Assembly (NCBI GenBank): GCA_049970495.1
Contig: JBMFMV010000004.1
Coordinates: 1 to 60,772 of the forward strand
DNA length: 60,772 bases
From: a bacterium
GTDB taxonomy: Bacteria > DUMJ01
Direction of reading: 5' to 3'
The position numbers and the translations under genes are program-made. Positions 1 through 10,188 of this stretch are shown in pieces (the stretch's first letter is position 1; the number at the start of each line of letters is the position of its first letter). The notes under the pieces were generated by a model. It was not told the origin of the DNA and searched no databases. It was given only the letters and a program-made list of their open reading frames with translations.

Positions 1-1334
1 CCTTCGATTTCACCATCTATAAATATCAAGCTGTGCCCTTCTGCATTACAGAATGGATTTTTGTACCTTCCTTCTCTAAAGTATTCTCTTGTGTATAACC
101 CGGCTCCTAAGTCGTGTAAGAAGGATTGCCCATAAACGTGGAATATAAAATGACCAACATCTATCTGATTGTGAGGTTCCCCATTATTACCAGCCTTTAC
201 AGCTAACACTGGTCCAAGTTTATCTTCCCAACTTTTGCGTGTTATAACCCAGTCTATACCACGGAGATGGATAGAAGTATCCTTAGGTATCTCTAGAGTA
301 TTCGATTCTTTCCTTAGACATCTAAAGTTTTCTAATTCTCTTGTGCCAACCTGAGAGGTTAACCAATTCAGATATATACCAGTACTGGTATATCTATCTA
401 GAAGTAGCACTAGGTCACTATTTAACCTCAAACCCCAGGGAGGACAGTCCCCAAAATTGACAAACCCGTCAGGAGGTAAATAACAGTATACAGGGAACAT
501 TCCAGTAACTTGAAGTTTCGGATGTTCAAAGATATTTATCCGTCCTTCTGTAAGCCTATATAGACTATCAGCAAATCTAGTTAAATGAGTAAGCCCAAAA
601 TTCCAGTATCCAACCCCTTCTACCCATCCTCCCTCATCATCAAAATAATCTAGATATCTATTTAGCCTCTGAATCACATCGAAGAGTATCTTACTGAGAT
701 AGGGTTCTTCTAATCTACCCGCTATAGCAGTTGCTCCTATCGCCCCAGTACAGACTGCACACCAGTTAGACCAGTATGCATTTGCCCACCAGTATCTATC
801 GGGATTCTCATAGAATGGTATAAAGATCCTTCTCCTTAACTCATATCTAATTCTTTCTTTTATATTTCTATCTAACTTATCACCTAGTAGGTCTAGAACC
901 TCTCCAAGCTGTTCAGCAGTCATAGAAGCAAATAAGTCTATGTATGGCTCATCATAATTTAACTCTTCTGGTAGATGTGCTGGATAGCACCAAGTTATCT
1001 CATTACATATATCCCAGATATAGTCCTGGAGTCTGAGTAGAAAATCTTTCCTATCGGTCAAAAAAGTGCCTATAGCAAGTAGATACATGTTAGTTCTCTT
1101 TAATCTATGAGGTGTTTCATAGTGAGTCCTATTCCCTGTAATATAGAACTCCCTAAAATAAGAATACTTAGCCTCTGGGATTGGCGTATTTAAGAGCTCT
1201 TCACAGAGATTAACTATTTTGTCCTTAGGGATGTCTTCTCTAAGCTCCTCGCTCCTTAAAAGAATAGGCTTACTTAATATGTCATTGGATATACTTTCTT
1301 TCATCTCTTTAGAGTCTACCACATTATACATACC
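1..1334 (-). CDS. heparinase II/III-like (polysaccharide-lyase-like) protein, C-terminus cut by window edge
   Basis: Absent from the ORF track because it runs off the left edge. Reverse-strand ATG at 1334-1332 follows GGAGGTGA. My hand translation (MYNVVDSKEMKESISNDILSKPILLRSEELRED...) stays open to nt 1. It contains GNNGEPHNQIDVGHFIFHVYGQSFLHDLGAGLYTREYF, the His/Asp-rich block I associate with heparinase II/III-like C-terminal domains. Confidence 0.6.
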
Positions 1335-1348
1335 ATTTCACCTCCAAA

Positions 1349-1394
1349 AAAGATATGGGGCGATGAGTAAAGACTACCCATCACCCCATATCAT
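1349..1394 (-). terminator. intrinsic terminator after the family-5 SBP gene
   Basis: 13-bp stem with one mismatch (1356-1368 atatggggcgatg / 1382-1394 catcaccccatat). On the minus-strand transcript it is followed by U6 (plus-strand A6 at 1349-1354), just before the SD of the next gene. Confidence 0.65.
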
Positions 1395-1410
1395 ATTCAA
1401 AAGTAATTAT

Positions 1411-3375
1411 TTACTTTTTAAAGTATTGACAAGGATTAGTTGGAGCAGGGTTTGGATATAGCCAAGCTCCAAACATCTCTTCCGGGACATTTCTAAAGTT
1501 ATTCTTTACTATTCCAAAGTCAGGTGGATTTGTGCATATACCAATCACGTAGAGATTATTGGCATCTATATCCAGTATCTGCTTCATTAAGAGCTTCTGC
1601 TTAGCAAGGCTTGTAGTCTTTATGATCTCATCGTATAACTGCATCTGTTTTTTGACCTCTGGTGGCGGTTCTTCGCCAGACTTTCCACCAGAGTTGTACC
1701 AGAGTTGCCATAGAGGAGCATGGTTAGATTCTCCGCTGAATGGGAAGTACCATCTTGGTTCTAAGAGGACTTCCATCCCGCCATCCCCACTCCATATAGT
1801 AACCTCTGTCTCTCCAGTAGCCTTTCTCGTATAGAATATAGACCTATCCTCTGTCTTTATTGCAGTCTTTACACCTACTGCTTCCCAGTACTTCTTGATA
1901 AGTTCACAGGCATCTATCCAGTCAGGCCTTAAACCTGTAGCTATCTCTATAGTTATACTTAGAGGCTTACCATCTGGTCTTAATCTTATTCCATCAGGTC
2001 CACGCTTCAAGCCCATTTCATCGAGAAGTTTATTAGTTTTAGCTGGATCGTATTCTATGTATGCCTTAGCAAGCCTTTCATGATAGAATGCAGACTCTTT
2101 AAGTGGAGCAGCCTGCCAAGGTTCAGCTTTACCTAAGTATACAAGGTCTATTATCTCTTTTCTATTGATAGCATGAGACATAGCGATCCTAAATCTTTTA
2201 TCGTTAAATATCTTTCTTAGAACAGGATCTTTCTGATTTAAGTTGAATGCTACTATTACTGCATTCATTCCAGTTGGTTTAATAGTAAAGAATCTATATC
2301 CACCCTTTTCTCTATTCTCAGCTAAGACTGGATAGTTCTGCATTATAGTAAAGTGTCTACTGTGCATATCTATTTCGCCATTTAATGCCTTCATCAGAGC
2401 CACCTCAGCGTTTTCTACTACGTCAAAAACCACTCTATCTAGATATGGAAGTTGATTACCTGCTGTATCTATCTTCCAGTAGTACGGATTTCTCTCCCAG
2501 ATATACCTTGGTCCAGAACCTAATACATTTATAGGTCTCCAAGCAAAGAGTAAGGGTCTTTCAGGATTTAACCACCAGGTATTCTTATTACCAAAAAGGG
2601 TAAACCAATCTGTTAGTTTTTCCTCCTTTACCATAGCATCGAGCTTTTCTTTCGCAGTATATTTGGGGTGGAACTGCTTCATATAATGTTTAGGAACGAT
2701 TAGTCCTACTCCATCTGGGGTAGCTAATCTCTGTAGGAAAAGACCGTTTGGCTGAGTAAACTTGAATCTTACTGTATAATCATCTACCTTCTCTACTTTC
2801 ACAGGCTGTCCATCAGTAGTAAGCCACTTTGCAATGGTTGGAGTAAGTTCTTTATTCAAAAGAATATCCTCATACCAGAATAGAATATCATCTGCAGTAA
2901 ATGGTTGTCCATCAGACCACTTTACACCTTTTCTAAGATAAAAGGTAAACGTTCTTCCTTCGTCACTTACTTTCCAGCTTCTTGCCAAATTGGGTAAAAC
3001 ATAGTTAAATGTGGGATCCCATCTGACTAATCCCTCATAACCCACAGTCCTCTGAAACCAGGCATTATCAGCTACTCCAAGTGTAACTGTCCTCCACTCT
3101 CCACCGTACTTTCCAATCTCTTCAACTGGCACAACTACAAGTGGTTCAGCGGGAAGTCTCTTATCTACAGGCGGAAGTTTCCCCTGTTTTACAAGTTCTT
3201 GTAACATTGGAGCCTCATTAAATGACTTTATATCTTTCCCAGTAGCCTTCTTATAATCTGCAATTGTAGAGTACTGTGATGGAGTTGGATACTTCTGGGC
3301 GTAAGAGAGAGGAATTACTCCAAACAATAGACCTACACAAATAATCAATACTAGCAAGACTTTCAAACTTTTCAC
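1411..3375 (-). CDS. ABC transporter substrate-binding protein, family 5 (peptide/oligosaccharide type)
   Basis: ORF track 1411..3432. I prefer GTG at 3375 (AAGGAGG 8 nt upstream), which gives a signal peptide MKSLKVLLVLIICVGLLFGVIPLSYAQ. The ~650-aa size and blocks such as WSDGQPFTADDILFWYEDIL and PYYWKIDTAGNQLPYLDRVVF fit OppA/DppA-like family-5 SBPs. Confidence 0.8.
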   Translation of the reverse strand: MKSLKVLLVLIICVGLLFGVIPLSYAQKYPTPSQYSTIADYKKATGKDIKSFNEAPMLQELVKQGKLPPVDKRLPAEPLVVVPVEEIGKYGGEWRTVTLGVADNAWFQRTVGYEGLVRWDPTFNYVLPNLARSWKVSDEGRTFTFYLRKGVKWSDGQPFTADDILFWYEDILLNKELTPTIAKWLTTDGQPVKVEKVDDYTVRFKFTQPNGLFLQRLATPDGVGLIVPKHYMKQFHPKYTAKEKLDAMVKEEKLTDWFTLFGNKNTWWLNPERPLLFAWRPINVLGSGPRYIWERNPYYWKIDTAGNQLPYLDRVVFDVVENAEVALMKALNGEIDMHSRHFTIMQNYPVLAENREKGGYRFFTIKPTGMNAVIVAFNLNQKDPVLRKIFNDKRFRIAMSHAINRKEIIDLVYLGKAEPWQAAPLKESAFYHERLAKAYIEYDPAKTNKLLDEMGLKRGPDGIRLRPDGKPLSITIEIATGLRPDWIDACELIKKYWEAVGVKTAIKTEDRSIFYTRKATGETEVTIWSGDGGMEVLLEPRWYFPFSGESNHAPLWQLWYNSGGKSGEEPPPEVKKQMQLYDEIIKTTSLAKQKLLMKQILDIDANNLYVIGICTNPPDFGIVKNNFRNVPEEMFGAWLYPNPAPTNPCQYFKK

Positions 3376-3679
3376 TAGTTTAACCTCCTTTCTCAGAGTA
3401 AAGTACTTCTTAAAAAAATTTACACTCACCAAATTAACTACCCACCTTTAACTAGCCTATTCTTTCCTAATCTCTATCTAACGTTTCTGTTATCTCTCAC
3501 CTCCTAACCTTAGGACTCCTATATAGTATTATAATTTACAAATAAGATATAAGTCAACCGTTTTTGCTAGACTATTGGCAACGCTTTAAGGACTGGCTAG
3601 TCTTGGTAGATCTAAAGTTTATAAAGTTCTAATTTATGAGATATAATAATTGCAAGAATTTCTATTAGGAGGTGCCACT

Positions 3680-5461
3680 ATGCTTTATGTAACAGAGACA
3701 GAAACAAGAGAGGTAAAGGACCTCTGCGGGGTATGGAGGTTCAAGATAGACGAGAATAATGAGGGATTAGAGAAGGAATGGTATAAAGAGCCTCTAAAAG
3801 ATACCATTTTAATGCCTGTCCCATCTAGCTACAACGATATAACCCAGGACCCAAGGATAAGAGATCATATAGGTATGGTCTGGTATGAGACAGAATTTAT
3901 TATACCAAAAAGTTGGATTGACAAGAGGATATTTGTAAGGGTAGGGTCTGCATCACATACAGCTATGGTCTTCATAAATGGAAACAAAGTGGTAGAACAT
4001 AAGGGAGGATTTTTGCCTTTTGAAGGAGAAATTACAAACTTTACAAAATTTGGTGAAAAGAATAGAATTACTATAATGGTCGATAATAGACTAACATGGG
4101 ATATACTACCGCCTGGAGAAGTAAGATACATTAAGGATGAAATGCGTCCAGAAGGGTACAAGATCCAGGAATACTTCTTTGACTTCTTCAATTATTCTGG
4201 CATACACAGACCTGTTAAGGTTTACACAGTCCCCAAATATTATATAAGAGATATCACAGTAAAAACTAGAGTTCAAGATAAACAGGGGGTCATTGATTAT
4301 GAAATAGACTATTCTGGTAGAGGAGAAATAGAAGTCTCTATAATAGATAGAGAGGGTAGAAAGATTGGAGAGGCAAAAGGAGAAAAAGGAATAATAGCGA
4401 TAGAAAACGCAAGCTTCTGGGAGCCTGGAAATCCGTACCTCTATTCTTTTCAGGTTAAGACATTTGTAGATGGAACTCTTGAAGATTCTTACACCTTACC
4501 TATAGGTATTAGGGAGATCAAAGTATGTGGTAATAGGTTTCTTATAAATGGAAAGCCATTTTACTTTAAAGGCTTTGGAAAACATGAGGATGCAGATATT
4601 AGAGGAAAGGGGTTGGATCAAGTAATAAACATAAAGGACTTTAATCTTTTAAAATGGATTGGAGCCAATTCATTTAGGACTTCTCACTATCCATACTCCG
4701 AAGAGATTCTACATCTAGCGGATATATATGGCATCGTAGTTATAGAAGAGGCACCAGCGGTTGGAATGAATGCATTTATGGGTAGGATGAAGATATTCAC
4801 TGAAGAAAGGGTTGGCTCAAAGACCCTAGAGCATCATCTAAAGGTTATGGAAGAACTTATAGCCAGAGATAAGAATCACCCCTGTATTGTAATGTGGAGT
4901 GTAGCCAATGAGCCAGCAGATTTTGAAGAAGGAGCTGGAGAATATTTTAGAAAAGTTATAGAAAAGACAAGGGAACTTGACCCAACAAGGCCCGTAACAT
5001 TGGTTGAAAGCTCTGGATATAAAGAGACTAAAACTGGGGATTATGTTGATGTAATCTGTGTAAATAGATACTACTCCTGGTATACAGATTCAGGGAATCT
5101 CGATGTAATAGAACATCAATTAGAAAAAGAGCTTAAGGGCTGGTATGAAAAATTCAAAAAGCCAATAATACTATCTGAATTTGGGGCAGACTCAATAGTC
5201 GGATTTCATAGTGACCCACCCATGATGTTTACAGAAGAGTATCAAAAAGAGATGATAGAGAGATTTGTAAAGGTCTTAGATAGATTCGATTTTGTGATTG
5301 GTGAACATGTATGGAATTTTGCAGACTTTGCCACAAAACAACAGGTATTTAGAGTCCTAGGAAATAGAAAGGGGGTGTTTACAAGGCAGAGACAACCAAA
5401 GCTTGTAGCACACTTCTTAAAAGAGAGGTGGCACAAGATTCCAGATTTCTGGGGGAAATAA
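3680..5461 (+). CDS. uidA: beta-glucuronidase, glycoside hydrolase family 2
   Basis: Colinear with E. coli GUS as I remember it: FDFFNYSGIHRPV, FYFKGFGKHEDADIRGKG, GANSFRTSHYPYSEE, ARDKNHPCIVMWSVANEP, ILSEFGADS, VWNFADFAT. Start moved from 3650 to ATG 3680 behind AGGAGG. Confidence 0.9.
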   Translation: MLYVTETETREVKDLCGVWRFKIDENNEGLEKEWYKEPLKDTILMPVPSSYNDITQDPRIRDHIGMVWYETEFIIPKSWIDKRIFVRVGSASHTAMVFINGNKVVEHKGGFLPFEGEITNFTKFGEKNRITIMVDNRLTWDILPPGEVRYIKDEMRPEGYKIQEYFFDFFNYSGIHRPVKVYTVPKYYIRDITVKTRVQDKQGVIDYEIDYSGRGEIEVSIIDREGRKIGEAKGEKGIIAIENASFWEPGNPYLYSFQVKTFVDGTLEDSYTLPIGIREIKVCGNRFLINGKPFYFKGFGKHEDADIRGKGLDQVINIKDFNLLKWIGANSFRTSHYPYSEEILHLADIYGIVVIEEAPAVGMNAFMGRMKIFTEERVGSKTLEHHLKVMEELIARDKNHPCIVMWSVANEPADFEEGAGEYFRKVIEKTRELDPTRPVTLVESSGYKETKTGDYVDVICVNRYYSWYTDSGNLDVIEHQLEKELKGWYEKFKKPIILSEFGADSIVGFHSDPPMMFTEEYQKEMIERFVKVLDRFDFVIGEHVWNFADFATKQQVFRVLGNRKGVFTRQRQPKLVAHFLKERWHKIPDFWGK

Positions 5462-5478
5462 CATATAACTTTAGAAAT

Positions 5479-5504
5479 ACTCAGGAGACATTTGTCTCCT
5501 GAGT
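5479..5504. terminator. bidirectional hairpin terminator between convergent uidA and the esterase gene
   Basis: Inverted repeat actcaggagaca / tgtctcctgagt (5479-5490 / 5493-5504), with T-rich flanks on both strands. Confidence 0.6.
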
Positions 5505-5509
5505 TATAT

Positions 5510-6304
5510 TCATTCTATAAAACCAATCTCTCTAAGCCAGTTCTCACAGAGCTTAGTCCATTCAGATACTGAGGGGTTATCTTTTGCTAATCCTAAGCCA
5601 TGTCTTCCGCTTTGAAAGATATGTAATTCAAATGGTATGTCAAATCTTCTAAGCGTCTCCACAAAAAGGATACTATTTTCTACAGGGACAGCAGAATCAT
5701 CTGCCGTATGCCATATAAATGTAGGTGGTGTATCTTGTTTCACATTATTTTCTCCAGAGAGTAATTCTCTTAATTTGTCAGGTGGATTTTCTCCAAGAAG
5801 GTTAATCATCGACCCTCTATGATAGAACTTAAGAAAGCTTATTACAGGGTAACATAGTATAAGGGCATCTGGCTTTGAATTTACCCTATCTATTGGATCT
5901 TCAGAATTAGGATCGCCATTATCAAAATGAACACTAGACATGCAGGCAAGGTGTCCTCCAGCAGAAAAGCCCAAGATACCAATCTTATTTGGATTTATAA
6001 GAAATTTGTCTGCATTATACCTAACAAGTCTTATAGCCCTCTTTGCATCTAAGAGAGGGTATGGATATCTATAAGGAGCTACTCTATAGTTAAGGACAAA
6101 TGCAGAGATTCCAATACTGTTTAACCATAAGGCTACAGGTTCTCCCTCATGGTCTGCTCTCTTTATATACCCTCCGCCTGGACAGACAATAATAGCACTG
6201 TTTATTTTGCTATCTTTTAACAAATAAGGAAGCAAAGACGGAATCTCCCCATTATTTATTTTGGGATCATATCCTGGGATATCCTTTTCCCATAATGGAA
6301 TCAT
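5510..6304 (-). CDS. alpha/beta-hydrolase, acetyl-esterase/carbohydrate-esterase-like
   Basis: GFSAGGH nucleophile elbow, PGGGY oxyanion-type motif, late ADDSAVP and GRHGLG (Asp/His). SD AAGGTGG precedes the ATG. Confidence 0.75.
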   Translation of the reverse strand: MIPLWEKDIPGYDPKINNGEIPSLLPYLLKDSKINSAIIVCPGGGYIKRADHEGEPVALWLNSIGISAFVLNYRVAPYRYPYPLLDAKRAIRLVRYNADKFLINPNKIGILGFSAGGHLACMSSVHFDNGDPNSEDPIDRVNSKPDALILCYPVISFLKFYHRGSMINLLGENPPDKLRELLSGENNVKQDTPPTFIWHTADDSAVPVENSILFVETLRRFDIPFELHIFQSGRHGLGLAKDNPSVSEWTKLCENWLREIGFIE

Positions 6305-6348
6305 AGTCCCACCTTCTTATCTAAAAATATACTAGAAAATTATACTAT

Positions 6349-6380
6349 AAAAAATTAGGGGGCAGTTTCCTGCCCCCTAA
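6349..6380 (-). terminator. intrinsic terminator of the flagellin gene
   Basis: Perfect 11-bp stem ttagggggcag/ctgccccctaa (6355-6365 / 6370-6380) with a 4-nt loop. On the minus transcript it is followed by U6 (plus A6 at 6349-6354). Confidence 0.8.
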
Positions 6381-6397
6381 GAGAAAGGTGACAAACC

Positions 6398-8263
6398 CTA
6401 TCTTAGTAGCTGTAGGACAGTCTGTGGTACTGTATTTGCCTGAGCTAACATTGCTGTGCCAGCCTGGAGCATAATCTGATTCCTTGTGAATTCCATCATC
6501 TCTTGTGCGATATCTGCATCTCTTAGTCTAGACTCTGCGGAGGTCAAATTCTCTTTTGCTACCCCAAGATTCTGGATTGTATGATTGAGTCTATTCTCAT
6601 ATGCACCAAGCTTACCACGCTCAGTTACTACTAGCTCTATAGCCTTATCAATAGTTTGAGCATCTATAATTGCTTGGGCCGATGCCTGGTCTATAACATT
6701 TATATTGCTAACTCCTAGGGCATTTGCACTCATATCATTGATAGAGATCTCCATCCTGTGGTCAGAGCCTGCGTTGGGCCCAATCTGTAAGGTGATAGAG
6801 CCCTTGGAGAGGTCGAAAGTAAAGTAGGTGCTAGTAGACTTAGCTGCATCTCTAGTCAGTGTAAACGTAACCCCACTTATACCACTAGCATCGACATTTA
6901 CATCTGGCCCACCAGTTCCAGCCTTGAAGTATCTACTAGTAGATGTTACATATCTTACTGTAGTCCCTACAGGGTCTGTTACAGCTATAGTAACATCACC
7001 TGCAGCTATAGCCACCTTATCTGTTGTGTTAAAATCAAATGTTCCTATAGTTCCAGCGGTAAGCGGTCCACTAGTGGCAGAAACACTATAAGAAACAACC
7101 TTTGTAGAACCAGCTGCATAGGCAAATACAAGGTTATCATTGGTATCGTCAAACGAAACGGTTACATTAAATCCTTTACCACTATTATTCAGAGCATCTT
7201 GTATGAGAGTAACTAACGCTCCTACAGTAACTGAATCTGCAGCCGTAACAACAATTGAGCTTCCATCTGCCAAACCAAAGGTAAAGGTATAAGTCCCACT
7301 ACCACCAAATGCGTCGGACAAAGTATCACCAGCAGTTACTGAATTTAGACTAACACTGTTGAGCTGATATGCTGCACTAAATCCATAGGTTGTAGCTATA
7401 CTATTACTCTCAGACCAAGAAATATTGTACTTCGTTCCAACCTCTGTTGAAGTAAGATTTATCTGGTTATATTTTTCGTTAAAGGTTGCTCTTACACTCA
7501 TCCCTGCATTTTGAAAAGCTGTATTTAGTTTATTAAGAGTAGTCTCTATAGTATCTCCATCATCTGCTATATTTAGTGTTACAGTAGCAGACCTTCCATC
7601 CGCTTGGCTAATGATTAAAGTCTTAGTATAACTTTGCGTGCTTGTCTCATCTAAAGCATCCTTTAAAGTGGTTCCTAAAGTAGCATTTGTATCCCTTAAT
7701 CCTATGGCTGTTATGTTTTCTCTACCTGCAGTGTATACTGATACTTGATATGTTCCAGTTGCACCGATAGTCCCAGATATTCCAATAGAGTTATTCTCTA
7801 CTATGCCGTTATAAGTGGTAGTATCTATTGTTGCCTTTGTCCCAAGCTGACCGTTTAGAAGTTTCTTGGTGTTGTACTCTGTTGTTGTAGAGATTCTGTT
7901 TATTTCTGATATGAGCTGGTTTATCTCGTCCTGATACTTCTGACGGTCTGCATCTGTTTTATCACCGTTTGCAGCCCAACCTACTAGGTCTCTCATCCTC
8001 TTTAATATAGCGTTTACTCTATCAAGTGCCCCTTCTGCTGTCCTTATTAGAGAGATACCATCATTAGCATTGTCTATAGAAACCCCTAAACCACTTACCT
8101 GAGCTCTCAACTTCTCAGAGATAGCTAACCCAGCCGCGTCATCAGACGCCCTATTGATTCTTAGTCCAGAGGAGAGTCTTTCTAGAGAAACTGCCAATTT
8201 ATTATTTGTAATCTGTAGGTTCCTCTGGGCATTTAATGCATAAATATTTTGGTTAATTCGCAT
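6398..8263 (-). CDS. fliC: flagellin with a ~345-aa central variable insert
   Basis: Conserved N-terminus MRINQNIYALNAQRNL...LSSGLRINRASDDAAGLAISEKLRAQ and C-terminus GAYENRLNHTIQNL...SRLRDADIAQEMMEFTRNQIMLQAGTAMLAQANTVPQTVLQLLR. SD GGAGGG lies 7 nt upstream. Confidence 0.95.
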   Translation of the reverse strand: MRINQNIYALNAQRNLQITNNKLAVSLERLSSGLRINRASDDAAGLAISEKLRAQVSGLGVSIDNANDGISLIRTAEGALDRVNAILKRMRDLVGWAANGDKTDADRQKYQDEINQLISEINRISTTTEYNTKKLLNGQLGTKATIDTTTYNGIVENNSIGISGTIGATGTYQVSVYTAGRENITAIGLRDTNATLGTTLKDALDETSTQSYTKTLIISQADGRSATVTLNIADDGDTIETTLNKLNTAFQNAGMSVRATFNEKYNQINLTSTEVGTKYNISWSESNSIATTYGFSAAYQLNSVSLNSVTAGDTLSDAFGGSGTYTFTFGLADGSSIVVTAADSVTVGALVTLIQDALNNSGKGFNVTVSFDDTNDNLVFAYAAGSTKVVSYSVSATSGPLTAGTIGTFDFNTTDKVAIAAGDVTIAVTDPVGTTVRYVTSTSRYFKAGTGGPDVNVDASGISGVTFTLTRDAAKSTSTYFTFDLSKGSITLQIGPNAGSDHRMEISINDMSANALGVSNINVIDQASAQAIIDAQTIDKAIELVVTERGKLGAYENRLNHTIQNLGVAKENLTSAESRLRDADIAQEMMEFTRNQIMLQAGTAMLAQANTVPQTVLQLLR

Positions 8264-8387
8264 CTATCATCCCTCCTTGTATATATAAATTTTCTAGGCT
8301 TCCCTGCCTTTAATCCTCATCTCTACTCCCCTTAACTCTATATTTCCTCTTATATTACTTACTTCCCTCTATCACCTCCAATATACT

Positions 8388-8414
8388 ATATCGGCTAACC
8401 TTTATAAAACTTTA
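8388..8414 (-). promoter_or_regulatory. sigma-28 (FliA/SigD)-type promoter of fliC
   Basis: The minus strand reads TAAA-gttttataaaggtta(15 nt)-GCCGATAT, against the consensus TAAA-N15-GCCGATAA. It lies about 125 nt upstream of the fliC ATG. Confidence 0.7.
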
Positions 8415-8421
8415 AAGGTGG

Positions 8422-10161
8422 TTAGACCTGTACCTTTAAAATTTCTAGAGTATCTTTCATCTGAGATAAAAGCTCATCCATCTCACCGGTATGTGATAGT
8501 AGTGTAATCATATTCATCCTAAAGTTGGTATTATTTGGGTCTAACTCTAAGGCTTTTTCAAAACATTTTTTAGCCTCAGAAAGAATACCAAGATTAGCAT
8601 AGGCAATACCGAGGTTATTAAGTATATCAGGATTAGTTGGGGATATCTTAAGCGCATTCTCTCCATAGATGACTGCATCTGAATATCTCTTTAGTTCTAT
8701 GGCACAGGCGGTAAGCATTATATAAAGTGGTAAACCTCTCACCTGAGAAGAAAAAACCAGCCCATAACTTTTCATCGGGTCCACCTCTAAAACCTTCTTT
8801 AGGGCAGAATAGGCTTCCACATAGGATTTTAACGTAACATATATACTACCAAGGATAAAATAACTATCTGGGAAGTTTGGATCCTCACTTACAGCTCTTA
8901 ATGCATAAAGCTCCGCTGTCTTTAAATCATCCTTTAAGATATATATTCTAGCTAAATTTAATAAAGAGGTTACTTTCACATATTTATGTCTTATATCATC
9001 CCCTGATGCATCTATAACCCTATAATAGAATTCTATACTTTTTTTTATATCTCCTTTTAACAAGGATATATCCCCCATATACCTTAGAATTCCAGGGTCA
9101 TTAGGGTTAGCCTTAACCTCTTCCTCCAATATCCTATAGTTTCTCTCTATTTTCTCTTTGAGAGCTTCTTGAGACTCGTAGCCTTTATGCTCTATAAACA
9201 TATCTATTAATCTTAAAACCTTTCCACCTAACTCATGAATAGAATAATCTACAACCTCATGGATTCTTCTTTTAAACCTTATATCTTTCCTATTTCTAAA
9301 TACTCTTATAAGATAATTTATAATCTCTGTGTTCTCTCCGGTCTTACTACGTATGGGCAAGGCTATACCCAAGAAATCATCATCAAGATTTCTTAATACC
9401 TCTTTGAGTCTTTTTATATCCTCTGCATTCATCTCATCATCTGCATCCATAGAAAGAATCCACTCGCAGGTAGCATGTTTCAAGGCTTCATTCCTTGCAG
9501 AGGCAAAATCATCGTTCCATTCATAGTAGTAGACCTTTGCTCCAAAAGACTTGGCTATCTCAATAGTGTTATCTGTAGAACCTGTATCTACTATAATAAT
9601 CTCATCCACTACATCTTTTACAGAATTAAGTGCATTAGGCAGGTTTTCCTCCTCATTTTTTACAATCATGCAGAGGCTTATAGTTGGGATCTTATCTGGC
9701 TTCTGGCTTTTCTTAGATCTATTATCTTTAGGACCATTTTTATCTTCTATCCTCTTAACCACTACCGGCTTTAGTTTATCTTCTAGAAGTAATAAATTTT
9801 CTCTTGCCTGTTCATAGGCTGGATTTATCTTTAAAGCCCTTCTAAATAAATCTTTAGCCTCTGTATACTTTTGCTTATTACAATAGGCTACCCCTAGATT
9901 ATTATATGCCTCAGCATTATTAGGGTCGTATTTTATAGCTAGCTTAAATTCTCTTATTGCATCATCCAATCTATTCTGTTGTAAGTAAACCACACCCAGA
10001 TTATTATGCCCTTTAGAATACTCAGGCTTTTTTTCAATCGCTCTTTTAAATTCTAACTCCGCCTCATTGAGCATCCCTTTCAATAGATAACTCATCCCTA
10101 GATTATTTATCTGAGCTACACTCTCCTCCTGTTTTTCACTCTTAACTACCTTTATAGGCAT
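8422..10161 (-). CDS. TPR-repeat / family-2 glycosyltransferase / TPR-repeat protein (candidate flagellin glycosyltransferase)
   Basis: N-terminal TPRs (AEAYNNLGVAY etc.), a central GT-A core (ISLCMIVKNEEENL...IIIVDTGSTDNT...DADDEM) and C-terminal TPRs. It sits immediately upstream of fliC and has its own sigma-28-like promoter. Confidence 0.75.
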   Translation of the reverse strand: MPIKVVKSEKQEESVAQINNLGMSYLLKGMLNEAELEFKRAIEKKPEYSKGHNNLGVVYLQQNRLDDAIREFKLAIKYDPNNAEAYNNLGVAYCNKQKYTEAKDLFRRALKINPAYEQARENLLLLEDKLKPVVVKRIEDKNGPKDNRSKKSQKPDKIPTISLCMIVKNEEENLPNALNSVKDVVDEIIIVDTGSTDNTIEIAKSFGAKVYYYEWNDDFASARNEALKHATCEWILSMDADDEMNAEDIKRLKEVLRNLDDDFLGIALPIRSKTGENTEIINYLIRVFRNRKDIRFKRRIHEVVDYSIHELGGKVLRLIDMFIEHKGYESQEALKEKIERNYRILEEEVKANPNDPGILRYMGDISLLKGDIKKSIEFYYRVIDASGDDIRHKYVKVTSLLNLARIYILKDDLKTAELYALRAVSEDPNFPDSYFILGSIYVTLKSYVEAYSALKKVLEVDPMKSYGLVFSSQVRGLPLYIMLTACAIELKRYSDAVIYGENALKISPTNPDILNNLGIAYANLGILSEAKKCFEKALELDPNNTNFRMNMITLLSHTGEMDELLSQMKDTLEILKVQV

Positions 10162-10188
10162 TTCTAATCACCTTCCTCTAACAGAGAT

